From Candidatus Yanofskybacteria bacterium (lineage in GTDB: Bacteria; Patescibacteriota; Minisyncoccia; 2-02-FULL-40-12; IGHO2-01-FULL-4-A): DNA of 64,000 nucleotides. The first letter of the stretch is position 1, and every line of letters begins with the position of its first letter. Location of the stretch: the NCBI GenBank assembly GCA_016181175.1, contig JACOZV010000002.1:64115-128114 (forward strand), read 5' to 3'. Shown here piece after piece: positions 55,550 to 64,000 of this stretch. Both the position numbers and the translations under genes were made by a program. Below the pieces are notes generated by a model. It did not search any database. It saw only the letters and a program-made list of their open reading frames with translations, and was not told the DNA's origin.

Positions 55550-56035
55550 AAGGCTTAGAGATGAAGAGGTGAGGTTGTGGGATAACCCTCAACCGACACC
55601 ATACTTTCGGTGTCACGTTAATTTCCCTCTGTCTATCTTTACACGTGTCTCCGGGCAGTAGGGATTTGAAACCGATCTCCATTTCTAAGCCCGGCTCTTT
55701 TACCAAATCTGCGAACACCGCCCCTACATTCCCGCCTTTGTTGCGGTGATCCAAGTAAGTCATTCGGGGAGGTTCGCATCAAGCTGGCAGTAGCTCATTT
55801 GGAAGTTTAAGTGTTGGGTGCACCCGATACTGCAGTTACTTTCAAGTAAAGTGCTGCCTGCAAGTTTCGGAGACCGATCCGGCGGGTTCTCGATTGTAAG
55901 GGCAACAGCTACCGGACGATCTTTGGGAAGCCCCGTTCCAGAGAAACCGACATAGAGGGGTGTTAAAACGGTCCTTGTCAGTTCCGCCTAGAGAACTGGC
56001 CGTAGCCTGGGGTAACGCACCCCAGGCTTTTTTAT
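55550..56035 (+). ncRNA. candidate ~480-nt structured non-coding RNA (identity unresolved)
   Basis: Promoter upstream and an intrinsic terminator (cctggggtaacgcaccccagg + TTTTTTATTTT) at the 3' end. Visibly higher GC than the flanks. Multiple internal hairpins (for example gacacc-atactttc-ggtgtc). The only ORF >=60 aa on either strand is a 99-aa minus-strand frame (55464-55763), judged non-coding (see rejected list). Flanked by minus-strand genes. Confidence 0.45.
56007..56035 (+). terminator. intrinsic terminator
   Basis: cctggggtaacgcaccccagg is an 8-bp GC stem plus TTTTTTATTTT. Confidence 0.8.
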
Positions 56036-56287
56036 TTTAAAAAATTCTCTTCCAATTATTATTCCCAAGGCCCAAGGCCGTTTCTTTTAAATATCATAAA
56101 CTTGTTTCAAATTACTAGAAGCCGATACCAATCAGCAATTTTTATCACTTTTATAATTGCTAAGGAGAGGATGTTATTTACCGGCGTAGGCGGACACTTT
56201 TTGTGAAAAATCCCAGCAGGGTGGATTGAACAAAAAGAGTCCGCGTAGCCGGTAGGTAAAGTGTCTTACTACATCCTTGAAACGAAT

Positions 56288-57271
56288 TTATGATATTTTT
56301 ATTTCAACCAACGGCCATGGGCCCCAATCATCTTTTTTAAGAATCCCCTCTTTGCTCCCCACTTTCGTAACAACCGATGACGAATTGGCCGTAGCAAACT
56401 GCATCGCCTTTTTGATGTCCCCGCTTCGCATATATTCTGCCACAAACCCAGAATTAAAAGCATCCCCCGCCCCCGTGCGTTCAACAACCGGCGAATCAGG
56501 CACTCCCGCACTATATGTAACACTACTTTTAAATACTTTGGAACCGTTATGTCCATCAGTCAGTATAATCATGCCGCAACAGGTCTTGGCCAACCTATTA
56601 AATGTTTCCGTTATATCATCGGGATTTGTGCCAACCAGTTGTGCGCCTTCTTCTTTATTGACTGCAAAAATATCAATATGTTTCAAAAACGGTTCTAATT
56701 TTTCAAAACCATGTTCTAGTTCTTTACCGCCAGGATTACAAGCAATTTTAATTTTATTTTTGACAGCATGATTAACTAAAGCACCAAAGAGGTCATAATG
56801 CCCGCCCAAAGAATCAATATAAAACCAGTCTGCCCTGAGCCTACTAAAGGGTATTTCCTTAACATTAAAATGCTGGCCCTCGCCTTTGTAACTTAGTATG
56901 GTGCGTTCTGCGTCAGGGTGGACAAGTATTGTTGAATAAGCGGTAAAACCATCGGCATGTTTTTGAAAAATTGGCCCAACTTTTTCTTTTTTTAATTCAG
57001 TCAAAATTTCCTCTCCTGCCATGTCGTTGCCTACAACGCCAACACAGGCAGTTTTTAATCCCTGTCTTCCAAAGGTAACCGCGGCATTAGTCCCGCCACC
57101 GCCAGTAGTAAAAATAATTTCTTTTACTTCGAGTTTGGAACCAAGCGAAAAACATTGTTCAACGCCAGTTGGAGAATCGGCATGTTTCCTCACCTCAACA
57201 TTTTCCATTTTCAGGAAAACATCGCGTGTGGCCGAACCTACCACTACAACATTATATTTAGAATTAAACAT
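56288..57271 (-). CDS. PfkB-family carbohydrate kinase (ribokinase-like)
   Basis: N-terminal GG dipeptide region TTGGGGTNAAV. C-terminal TGAGDAFNSGF anion hole. Confidence 0.8.
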   Translation of the reverse strand: MFNSKYNVVVVGSATRDVFLKMENVEVRKHADSPTGVEQCFSLGSKLEVKEIIFTTGGGGTNAAVTFGRQGLKTACVGVVGNDMAGEEILTELKKEKVGPIFQKHADGFTAYSTILVHPDAERTILSYKGEGQHFNVKEIPFSRLRADWFYIDSLGGHYDLFGALVNHAVKNKIKIACNPGGKELEHGFEKLEPFLKHIDIFAVNKEEGAQLVGTNPDDITETFNRLAKTCCGMIILTDGHNGSKVFKSSVTYSAGVPDSPVVERTGAGDAFNSGFVAEYMRSGDIKKAMQFATANSSSVVTKVGSKEGILKKDDWGPWPLVEIKIS

Positions 57272-57275
57272 TTTA

Positions 57276-57911
57276 TTATTTTGTTATTTCTTTTAGTTTT
57301 TTTATAGCTTCGGCTTGATCTTTGCCTTCCCAAATATAACTTCCCACCACAAACATATTCACACCCGCTTCAATCAATTTGGGTGCTGTTTCAGGCGTTA
57401 TTCCCCCGTCTACTTCAACTGTCTTGTCGGGATAATAAAAGTGAAAATCTTTAATTTTGTCTATCACAGTATCTACGAACTTGCCGCCATAGAATCCCGG
57501 CTCAACAGTCATAAAATGTACAAAATCAATTTGATCAATAAAAGGTTCGATTTTAGCAATTGGGGTTTGCGGATTTAGGGCAATGCCAATAGTTTTGTCT
57601 GCTTCCTTTACGGCATCAATGACTTCTTGAGACTTGTTTGTCGCTTCAATATGAAAAATGAACTTGTCAGCCGGAGTTTCAAGCCAACGCACTATGTGGT
57701 TTTCCGGTTTAGAGACCATAAGATGCACCTCAAATTTTAAATTAGTATCAAGCGACTCCATTTCTTCAAAACCTAGTATGGTCATGTTTGGAACAAAAAT
57801 GCCATCGGCAATATCAAGATGAACCCTTTCGGCATGTGCCTCCATCGCTGCAATTTTTTCCAGCAGTTCCTCCCTGTTTTTTACAAGAATTGCCGGTATG
57901 ATTTCAATCAT
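57276..57911 (-). CDS. rpe: ribulose-phosphate 3-epimerase
   Basis: HLDIADGIFVPNMT...VEVDGGI. 211 aa. Confidence 0.9.
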   Translation of the reverse strand: MIEIIPAILVKNREELLEKIAAMEAHAERVHLDIADGIFVPNMTILGFEEMESLDTNLKFEVHLMVSKPENHIVRWLETPADKFIFHIEATNKSQEVIDAVKEADKTIGIALNPQTPIAKIEPFIDQIDFVHFMTVEPGFYGGKFVDTVIDKIKDFHFYYPDKTVEVDGGITPETAPKLIEAGVNMFVVGSYIWEGKDQAEAIKKLKEITK

Positions 57912-58900
57912 TTAACTAAATTAGGCGGCGTCCTGCCTTCCAACGCCTCTATTATATTGTCTGCTGCAAGTTTTGACATCTTATCGCGAGTTTCTTTGGT
58001 TGCTGAGGCAATGTGCGGCGTTAATATTACATTATCAAGTTCTTTAAGTTCAGACGTAATTTCAGGCTCATGTTCAAAAACGTCAATTGCGGCCCCGCGA
58101 ATCAAACCTTTCGACAAGCTTAGGGCAAGCGCTTTTTCATCAATTATTGGCCCGCGTGAAGTATTGATCAAATAAGCAGATTGTTTAATTTTTTTTAACC
58201 GCTCTTCGTTTATGAGGTGATGTGTTGAATCTAAAAGAGGTACGTGAATTGATACAAAATCGCATTGAGGCAAGAGGTCATCAACGCTAGCAACATAAAC
58301 CGCACCGTATTCTTTTTCAAAATCGGAATTCTGGTTAGGGTCATAGTATAAAACTTTCATGTCAAATCCCTTAACAGCATGGTGGGCAACGCGAGAACCG
58401 ATGCGGCCCAAACCAAGCACTCCAAGAGTTTTACCGGAAACATCTGTGCCAAGTAACAATTCCGGCCCCCAAGCACTATATTTACCGTCACGCGAAAACC
58501 TATCAGCTTCGGCAATACGGTGGGCAATTGCAAGCATTAATGCAAAAGTGTGTTCGGCGACAGTATCAGTCAATACACCGGGTGTGTTTGTTACCATAAT
58601 CCCTCGCTGTTTTGCGGCTTCAAGATCAATATTATCAAAACCGACCGCATAGTTGGCGATTATTTTTAGCGTGGGCAAGCCGACATCCATTACTTCGGCA
58701 GTAACCTGGTCGGTTAAAATTGAAAGTAAGGCATCAAAGGGTTTCCCTTCGCTCTGAGCTTGCCGAAAGGCGGCAACCATCTCTTCTTTGGTCGCCGCTC
58801 TTTCTCTTGCCGCTTCATTAACGACGATATCGTAACCCTTGTCACGTAGTGTTTTAAGGCCGACTTCCGGAATTGGTCTTGTTACAAAAATTTTTGCCAT
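57908..58900 (-). CDS. D-isomer-specific 2-hydroxyacid dehydrogenase (glycerate dehydrogenase/hydroxypyruvate reductase-like)
   Basis: NAD-binding GVLGLGRIGSRVA. Catalytic R/E/H positions in the usual order. Confidence 0.8.
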   Translation of the reverse strand: MAKIFVTRPIPEVGLKTLRDKGYDIVVNEAARERAATKEEMVAAFRQAQSEGKPFDALLSILTDQVTAEVMDVGLPTLKIIANYAVGFDNIDLEAAKQRGIMVTNTPGVLTDTVAEHTFALMLAIAHRIAEADRFSRDGKYSAWGPELLLGTDVSGKTLGVLGLGRIGSRVAHHAVKGFDMKVLYYDPNQNSDFEKEYGAVYVASVDDLLPQCDFVSIHVPLLDSTHHLINEERLKKIKQSAYLINTSRGPIIDEKALALSLSKGLIRGAAIDVFEHEPEITSELKELDNVILTPHIASATKETRDKMSKLAADNIIEALEGRTPPNLVK

Positions 58901-59352
58901 TATTTTTCTAAGTCTTTTATTTTATTTACCCTTCTGATATGTCTCTCCTCGCCAGAAAATTTAGTTTCTAAAAATGTTTTCACTATTTCTTTGGTCAATT
59001 CTTCATTGATATAATCTGCCGATACCGCTAACACATTGAGGTCCTCATCCTTTACCGAAGCTTTTACTTGCTCGGCGCTTGAAGCCGTACCGGCACGCAC
59101 GCCTTTGATTTTATTAGCCGCAATCGCGACCCCAATTCCGGACCCGCAAATCAAGATGCCTTTAGCGTCTTGACCCTGAGCTAGTCGAAGGGTTACCTTT
59201 TCTCCGACTGATTTTGAAAAATCCGGATAATCGTCATCTTTGTCATATTTAAAAGATCCTGCATCTTCAAACTCATATCCCCAATCCGAAAGGCAAGACT
59301 TAATCTTTTCTTTTAACTCATATCCACGATGATCGGCACCGAGATATACCAA
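58900..59352 (-). CDS. rpiB: ribose-5-phosphate isomerase B
   Basis: MVYLGADHRGYELKE...GILICGSGIGVAIAANK is the RpiB/LacAB signature. TTG start. Confidence 0.85.
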   Translation of the reverse strand: MVYLGADHRGYELKEKIKSCLSDWGYEFEDAGSFKYDKDDDYPDFSKSVGEKVTLRLAQGQDAKGILICGSGIGVAIAANKIKGVRAGTASSAEQVKASVKDEDLNVLAVSADYINEELTKEIVKTFLETKFSGEERHIRRVNKIKDLEK

Positions 59353-59378
59353 GTAGAAAGTAGAAAGTAGAAAGTAGA
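59351..59378. repeat. tandem heptamer repeat (AAGTAGA x4)
   Basis: aagtagaaagtagaaagtagaaagtaga lies directly upstream of the rpiB TTG start. It is followed by tctagattctattttctagatt, an inverted motif. Confidence 0.7.
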
Positions 59379-59405
59379 ATTTGATTCTAGATTCTATTTT
59401 CTAGA

Positions 59406-60380
59406 TTATGTTTGTCTGTTTAAATACTGCACCGCGCTTAGTAGCGCTACGCAACCTTGCCCGGCGGCAATAACTATCTGTTTGAACGGAACATCAGTAA
59501 CATCTCCGGCGGCGTAAAGACCGGGGATATTTGTTTCGCAGTTTTTATTAACAACTATCTCGTAGAATTTGTTTTTTTCTACTTCCGGCGGGACTAAACC
59601 GGAATTAGGTATCATGCCGATATGTATAAAAATACCTTCAGATTTTATTTCCTGCGCGGCACCATTTTTGTCAGTATATTTTAGCCCTGTCACAAATTCT
59701 TGGCCCAAAATTTCTGAAGTATTGGCATCATAAATTATCTCAACATTTTGCTTAGTTTTCAAATTGTCAATTAGGACTTGATCACCCTTAAATTCCGGGT
59801 TCTTGTTAATCACATAAACCTTGCTGGCAATATCAGCCAGCATCAAAGCTGATTCAAGCGCGGAATTACCGCCACCGATTGTAGCTACTATTTTACCCTT
59901 AAATAACGGCCCATCACAAGTTGTGCAGTAACTCACACCCTTGTTGCGGAATTCTTTTTCGCCAGGCACATTTAATTCGCGTGGATGAACGCCCGTCGTT
60001 ACAAGGACGGCCCTTGTAGTATAGTCGTACTTGACCTTCGGGGCTTCTTGACTATCGGTTAATTTTTCTGCCGCCATTTTGAGTCCTGCCCCAGTTTTTG
60101 TGGTTATGCAAAATGTCCCATCGGGCATTTTGGTTATTCTCTCCACCTCCACGCCCTCTTCAATCTCAACCTTATACGAGTCAAGATGCGCGCGGAACTG
60201 TTGAGCAAGGGCTATACCGTCTGTTTTAATAATCCCCGGCCAATTAGCTATTTCGCCTGATGTAGCCACTTCACCGCCAAAATCCTTGGTGATTATCTTA
60301 AAATTCAAATTCCGTCTCGCAGCGTAGATTCCGGCAGTTGTAGCGGCGGCAGACCCACCGATTATAATCAGATCAAACAT
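59406..60380 (-). CDS. trxB: thioredoxin-disulfide reductase
   Basis: FAD motif DLIIIGGSAAATTAGIYAAR. Redox-active CTTCDG. NAD(P) motif GGGNSALE. Confidence 0.9.
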   Translation of the reverse strand: MFDLIIIGGSAAATTAGIYAARRNLNFKIITKDFGGEVATSGEIANWPGIIKTDGIALAQQFRAHLDSYKVEIEEGVEVERITKMPDGTFCITTKTGAGLKMAAEKLTDSQEAPKVKYDYTTRAVLVTTGVHPRELNVPGEKEFRNKGVSYCTTCDGPLFKGKIVATIGGGNSALESALMLADIASKVYVINKNPEFKGDQVLIDNLKTKQNVEIIYDANTSEILGQEFVTGLKYTDKNGAAQEIKSEGIFIHIGMIPNSGLVPPEVEKNKFYEIVVNKNCETNIPGLYAAGDVTDVPFKQIVIAAGQGCVALLSAVQYLNRQT

Positions 60381-60422
60381 AAGAAAATTATAACATGTGT
60401 TTGAAAAAAATAAAAAAACAGG

Positions 60423-60824
60423 CTATGGGCCTGTGGGTTGGTGTGTATTAAAATCTTGCCAAAGTTCTTCCTCTTCTTTAGAACACCCTTGGAAACTGAA
60501 GGACATTGAAGCACCGGCAAATGCGTACAAAAGAATAAAAACCAACCATAAGTCGTTAGAAATGGGAAGCGTTGACACAGACAGTGGGGACACACTGAGT
60601 CCAAGAAGTAGAGCCAAAACCATAAGAAATAAGATGCCAATTGTTGCCCCGATAAAAGCCCGCTTGATTTTGGTTCTCTTTCTAATAGACACGAGCTGTT
60701 GACCATATTTTTCTTCGAAAAGTTTATTTTTCTTTTCTTCTCTTCTACATTCAACTAAATTCAATCCGCACTCTGGACAAAAATCTTCAGGATTCCCGCT
60801 TTCAATATCTTCCATGCTTCCCAT
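60423..60824 (-). CDS. zinc-ribbon/TM small protein (133 aa)
   Basis: CPECGLNLVEC zinc-ribbon-like N-terminus. Two hydrophobic helices. Chosen over the overlapping frame 60368-60754. Confidence 0.4.
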   Translation of the reverse strand: MGSMEDIESGNPEDFCPECGLNLVECRREEKKNKLFEEKYGQQLVSIRKRTKIKRAFIGATIGILFLMVLALLLGLSVSPLSVSTLPISNDLWLVFILLYAFAGASMSFSFQGCSKEEEELWQDFNTHQPTGP

Positions 60825-60853
60825 CTCCCATATTTTTAAGCTACTATTGATGT

Positions 60854-62260
60854 ATGGCTGAATACAAGAAAGTTTATCTTATAATTTTAATAATTACAAG
60901 CCTGGCCACTCATTTTTTGTTTTTCGGCCAGCCGCGGGAAACGGTGTTTGACGAGGTGCATTTCGGCAAATTTATCTCGGGATATTTCACCCATGAATAT
61001 TTTTTTGACATTCACCCTCCGCTAGGCAAGCTTCTGATTTCCGGGGTGGGCTATGTGTCTGGTTTTGAGCCGGGTTTCAGTTTCGCCCAAATCGGCCAGC
61101 AATTCCCCGATAACACTTATCTCTGGCTACGTCTCTTGCCTACTATTGCCGGCATGCTCCTGCCAATTGTAGTCTATTTTCTGATTCTGCAACTAGGAAT
61201 GTCGCGACTGGCGGCATTTGTAGGCGGAATGCTTGTTGTTCTAGAAAACGCCACGTTAGTCCAGTCGAGGTTCATCTTGCTTGATTCTTTACTGCTTTTA
61301 TTCGGTTTCTCGGCTCTGTTATTTTACTTTTTCTACCACCCACCCGCACAACATCGCATGTCGTACAAGTGGGGGTATTTGCTTTTAAGCGGCATTTTGA
61401 GCTCATTGGCGATTTCGGTTAAATGGACCGGCGCCTCTTTCTTGGCAATAATCGGCATGCTCTATCTAATTGATTGGCTTAATTCAGAAAAAAAACTAAT
61501 ACATTTAATAAGGGGGGTGGCATTTTTGTTTTTTGTGCCAGTCGTTATTTATTTTTCAATTTTTGCTTTACATTTTTCACTTCTAACCAAATCCGGCCCC
61601 GGCGACGCCTTCATGACTCCAACATTCCGCAAAACTCTTACCGGAAGCACAGACAGTAAAAACCCGGATCTTAAGCCACTCAATATTTTTGAAAAATTCA
61701 AAGAACTTAATTTTCAAATGTATAGGTCCAATGCCGGTCTGGCTGCAGGCCACCCCTATTCCAGCAAGTGGTACACCTGGCCGTTTATGATTAGGCCCAT
61801 ATACTACTGGAACCAAAGTCCAAATGACAAAGTCCAAATGACAAACGGCGGCCAACAATCTAAAATATATTTTCTGGGTAATCCTGTCATCTGGTGGACA
61901 TCTACAATAGCCATGTTTTTCTTAATCATCAGCCTAATCGCGCAAATATTTAGACGAGCACTATCAAAAATCATCAAAATGCGGATTCCGGTTTTGCTTG
62001 CTGGCGCATATTTTTTAAACATATTGCCCTTTGTCGGTATAAGGCGGGCAATGTTTTTGTATCACTACTTAATCGGTTTAATTTTTGCCATAATCGCTTT
62101 AGTTTATCTATTAGATCGGTTGCCAAATAAAAAAAGAGCTTTTATCGCTCTTTTGATCGTTAGTATCGCGGCTTTTGTTTTTTTTATGCCGCTAACTTAT
62201 GGCCTACCGCTCACTGAAAAATTATACAATCTACGGGTTTGGTTACAAACTTGGCTATAA
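60854..62260 (+). CDS. PMT-family (GT39-like) dolichyl/polyprenyl-phosphate-mannose-dependent glycosyltransferase
   Basis: DEVHFGKF and HPPLGKLL are the hallmark motifs of the protein O-mannosyltransferase family, in loop 1. Multi-TM. Confidence 0.75.
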   Translation: MAEYKKVYLIILIITSLATHFLFFGQPRETVFDEVHFGKFISGYFTHEYFFDIHPPLGKLLISGVGYVSGFEPGFSFAQIGQQFPDNTYLWLRLLPTIAGMLLPIVVYFLILQLGMSRLAAFVGGMLVVLENATLVQSRFILLDSLLLLFGFSALLFYFFYHPPAQHRMSYKWGYLLLSGILSSLAISVKWTGASFLAIIGMLYLIDWLNSEKKLIHLIRGVAFLFFVPVVIYFSIFALHFSLLTKSGPGDAFMTPTFRKTLTGSTDSKNPDLKPLNIFEKFKELNFQMYRSNAGLAAGHPYSSKWYTWPFMIRPIYYWNQSPNDKVQMTNGGQQSKIYFLGNPVIWWTSTIAMFFLIISLIAQIFRRALSKIIKMRIPVLLAGAYFLNILPFVGIRRAMFLYHYLIGLIFAIIALVYLLDRLPNKKRAFIALLIVSIAAFVFFMPLTYGLPLTEKLYNLRVWLQTWL

Positions 62261-62263
62261 AAT

Positions 62264-62884
62264 TCAAAAACTCACAGCCCTGGCTTTTTTATAAGCCTCT
62301 TCGGTAATTTCCCAATTCAAGTTTTTCCAAAATGCGGCAATATAAGCCTTGCGGTCTGAACCATGATCTATGAAATAAGCGTGCTCGTATACGTCTAAAG
62401 CAATGATAGGAATACAACCCCAGACGGCATGGTCGTGCGTGTCACCGTTGTATTGTTTGAGGTTTTTCTCATGTAAATCCCAAACTAGCACTGCCCAGCC
62501 GCGCGCAGCCATGGCACATTCGTTGAAGTATTTCTGAAAATTTTCAACCGAGCCCCACTTATCCGATATTGCCGCCGATAATTCCGGCGCTTTTTTGTGG
62601 TCCCCATCACCGCCAAGCGCGCCAAAAAACCACTCATGCAGATAAATACCATTGACGGCAAAACTCTCACCAAGCTTCAGCGCTCTTAATTTGCTGTAAG
62701 ACGTATTCCCACCAGGAGCCGTACCCCCTATAATCTCGCCTCTTAGCTTAACTAGTTCCTCACCAACCTCATTGGCTTTGTCGACGTAACCCTTATAAAG
62801 TTTGCCGTGGTGGATTTCGTTGGTTTTTTGGGAAATGCCTTCTAAATCCTTATCAAATGGCAGAGGTTTTAATTCATATGACAT
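62264..62884 (-). CDS. sodA: Fe/Mn superoxide dismutase
   Basis: HHGKLYKGYV...WEHAYFIDHG...AAFWKNLNW carries the metal ligands H, H, D, H. Fe versus Mn specificity cannot be assigned. Confidence 0.85.
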   Translation of the reverse strand: MSYELKPLPFDKDLEGISQKTNEIHHGKLYKGYVDKANEVGEELVKLRGEIIGGTAPGGNTSYSKLRALKLGESFAVNGIYLHEWFFGALGGDGDHKKAPELSAAISDKWGSVENFQKYFNECAMAARGWAVLVWDLHEKNLKQYNGDTHDHAVWGCIPIIALDVYEHAYFIDHGSDRKAYIAAFWKNLNWEITEEAYKKARAVSF

Positions 62885-62889
62885 GGTTT

Positions 62890-63126
62890 TTATTTTAACT
62901 TGAGTGATTCACTAATTTTTTCACGGTCAAAACCGATTATAATTTGTCCGTTTATAATTATGACGGGTACGCCCATCTGGTGGGTCTTGTCTAACATCTC
63001 CTGGCGTTTGGCCATATCGTTAGCCACATCGTGTTCAGTATACTCTACATTATTTTTCTTGAAAAATTCCTTGGCCATTTTACAATACGCGCACCATGGG
63101 GTTGTATAAATTTCTACCGTGTTCAT
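62890..63126 (-). CDS. glutaredoxin/NrdH-like redoxin
   Basis: VEIYTTPWCAYCKMAKEFF (CxxC). 78 aa. Confidence 0.8.
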   Translation of the reverse strand: MNTVEIYTTPWCAYCKMAKEFFKKNNVEYTEHDVANDMAKRQEMLDKTHQMGVPVIIINGQIIIGFDREKISESLKLK

Positions 63127-63189
63127 ATTTTAATTATACCAAAATTTTAATCAACAGCAAGGATTTTTTAGGATAAATAAAAAGCCCGC

Positions 63190-64000
63190 TTATTTATGCG
63201 AGCCCGATTGTTGACTTTTTAAGTGTAATCTCACCAAAAAAAGATTATCGCGAATTTCTTTATTATCAGGAAACCTTCGATTAAGCTCTTCCAATACGGG
63301 CAAAACTTCATTATCCATACGTCCGGCCTGTTTAACCAGAATATCCTGAAAAACAAATTTTTTATCCATTTCAACGTCCTTGGCCCACCAGTAGCCAGAA
63401 TTGCAAGCCATTGCCTGCCTTAGCCAGCGGAAAACATCTTCTTGTTTAAAGTCATCTCCCAAGATCTCATAAGTCTTTGATTTCCAGGCAATCGCCCATC
63501 TTTTATAAAACCCCTCGTAAGCAGCCTTATTAAGAAGGTGCTTGCTTAAAGCAAAGACGTATTTGGCAGAGCACAATGATCCATCAAGTTCCATTGTCCT
63601 TTTGAGGATTATCAAACTTTCCGCAGTCTCACGGTCAGATTCCGCGTAGGATTTCAGGCCAGACTCAAATTTCGCTATAAAACCGGCGTAACGGATTTTT
63701 ATCATTGCCCTAAGGAAAAGATTTTTAACGTCATTCGGATTGCCGGCAAGATTTTCTTGAGTTAATGCCAATCCCGCAAATACTTCTTCTTTAAACTTTT
63801 CCACCAAATATTGGGCATGCGTGTTTTTACGAACTGTGTCTATGTCCGCACTTTCAGTTCGTAATTGTGAGGGTAGGACTTTAGACAATTCTTGCCATAA
63901 AATTTCAGCTAACAATTGGCAAAAAAATGGTTCTTTAGGAAAAGCGGCTCGAAGTTCTTCCGCTTCTTTTCTGGCTTCCACGGTTTTGCCTGAATAGTAG
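63190..64000 (-). CDS. hypothetical protein (partial; reading frame continues past window end)
   Basis: The frame stays open upstream of the M at 63981. Helical. No motif recognised. Confidence 0.45.
   Translation of the reverse strand, partial: YYSGKTVEARKEAEELRAAFPKEPFFCQLLAEILWQELSKVLPSQLRTESADIDTVRKNTHAQYLVEKFKEEVFAGLALTQENLAGNPNDVKNLFLRAMIKIRYAGFIAKFESGLKSYAESDRETAESLIILKRTMELDGSLCSAKYVFALSKHLLNKAAYEGFYKRWAIAWKSKTYEILGDDFKQEDVFRWLRQAMACNSGYWWAKDVEMDKKFVFQDILVKQAGRMDNEVLPVLEELNRRFPDNKEIRDNLFLVRLHLKSQQSGSHK

Noticed and set aside
55464-55763. 99-aa minus-strand ORF at the 5' end of the GC-rich block
   Set aside because: No SD. The low-complexity tail is translated from the promoter region. 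The segment is bracketed by a strong plus-strand promoter and terminator, so it is better explained as non-coding RNA. Not fully excluded.
55550-56035. RNase P RNA or tmRNA identity for the ncRNA candidate
   Set aside because: I could not find the P4 halves (AGGAAAGTCCGGGCTCC / ACAGAACCCGGCTTA) in the proper order on either strand. I found no tRNA-like acceptor/T-arm ends and no tag-peptide reading frame (…AA stop) for tmRNA. Left as unresolved rather than assigned.
59351-59400. CRISPR array
   Set aside because: Only a 7-nt unit repeated four times, with no spacers. No CRISPR repeats were found anywhere in the window.

Overview
The window looks like a 64 kb segment of a small, AT-rich bacterial chromosome. 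Short CDSs are packed tightly on both strands, many of unknown function. The gene content suggests a Patescibacteria/CPR-like organism; that is inference only. Supporting features are an archaeal-type bifunctional PGI/PMI, a PMT-family glycosyltransferase, truncated AlaRS and UvrC homologues, and no obvious biosynthetic operons.

Recognisable housekeeping genes:
- A ribosomal cluster tail, rpsK (partial) - rpsM - rpmJ - infA. rpmJ was found by hand; it is too short for the ORF track.
- alaS, hup, rny, gpmI, mnmA, murJ, groES/groEL with a CIRCE operator, secG, rnj, trpS, murC, ychF, fba, rpe, rpiB, trxB, an Fe/Mn SOD, and a glutaredoxin.
- Five tRNAs (His, Arg, Pro, Gly, Leu).
- A Bat/MoxR-like operon (MoxR ATPase, DUF58, two vWA proteins, a TPR protein).

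Observations that are not standard:
1. A previously unannotated MITE-like repeat family. Six copies of 71-113 bp share perfect 11-15 bp terminal inverted repeats (CCCGTTAGAAG...CTTCTAACGGG) and 4-5 bp target-site duplications (TTCAT/ATGAA, TCAA). All copies are intergenic. Two copies abut the ATG of rpmJ and of a DUF1059 gene.
2. A ~480-nt GC-enriched intergenic transcript candidate (55.55-56.03 kb). It has a near-consensus sigma-70 promoter and an intrinsic terminator, and sits between two minus-strand genes. No ORF in it is supported. It is a candidate large structured ncRNA.
3. A nine-gene, same-strand operon of uncharacterised coiled-coil/membrane proteins (2.9-7.5 kb) that includes a tandem paralogue pair.
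4. A tRNA island with three different homing-endonuclease-type genes (HNH, LAGLIDADG-like with HTH, GIY-YIG), tRNA fragments, and a conspicuous poly-C/poly-G tract.
5. Several Cys-rich mini-proteins and two translationally coupled hydrophobic micropeptides.

No CRISPR array and no rRNA are present.
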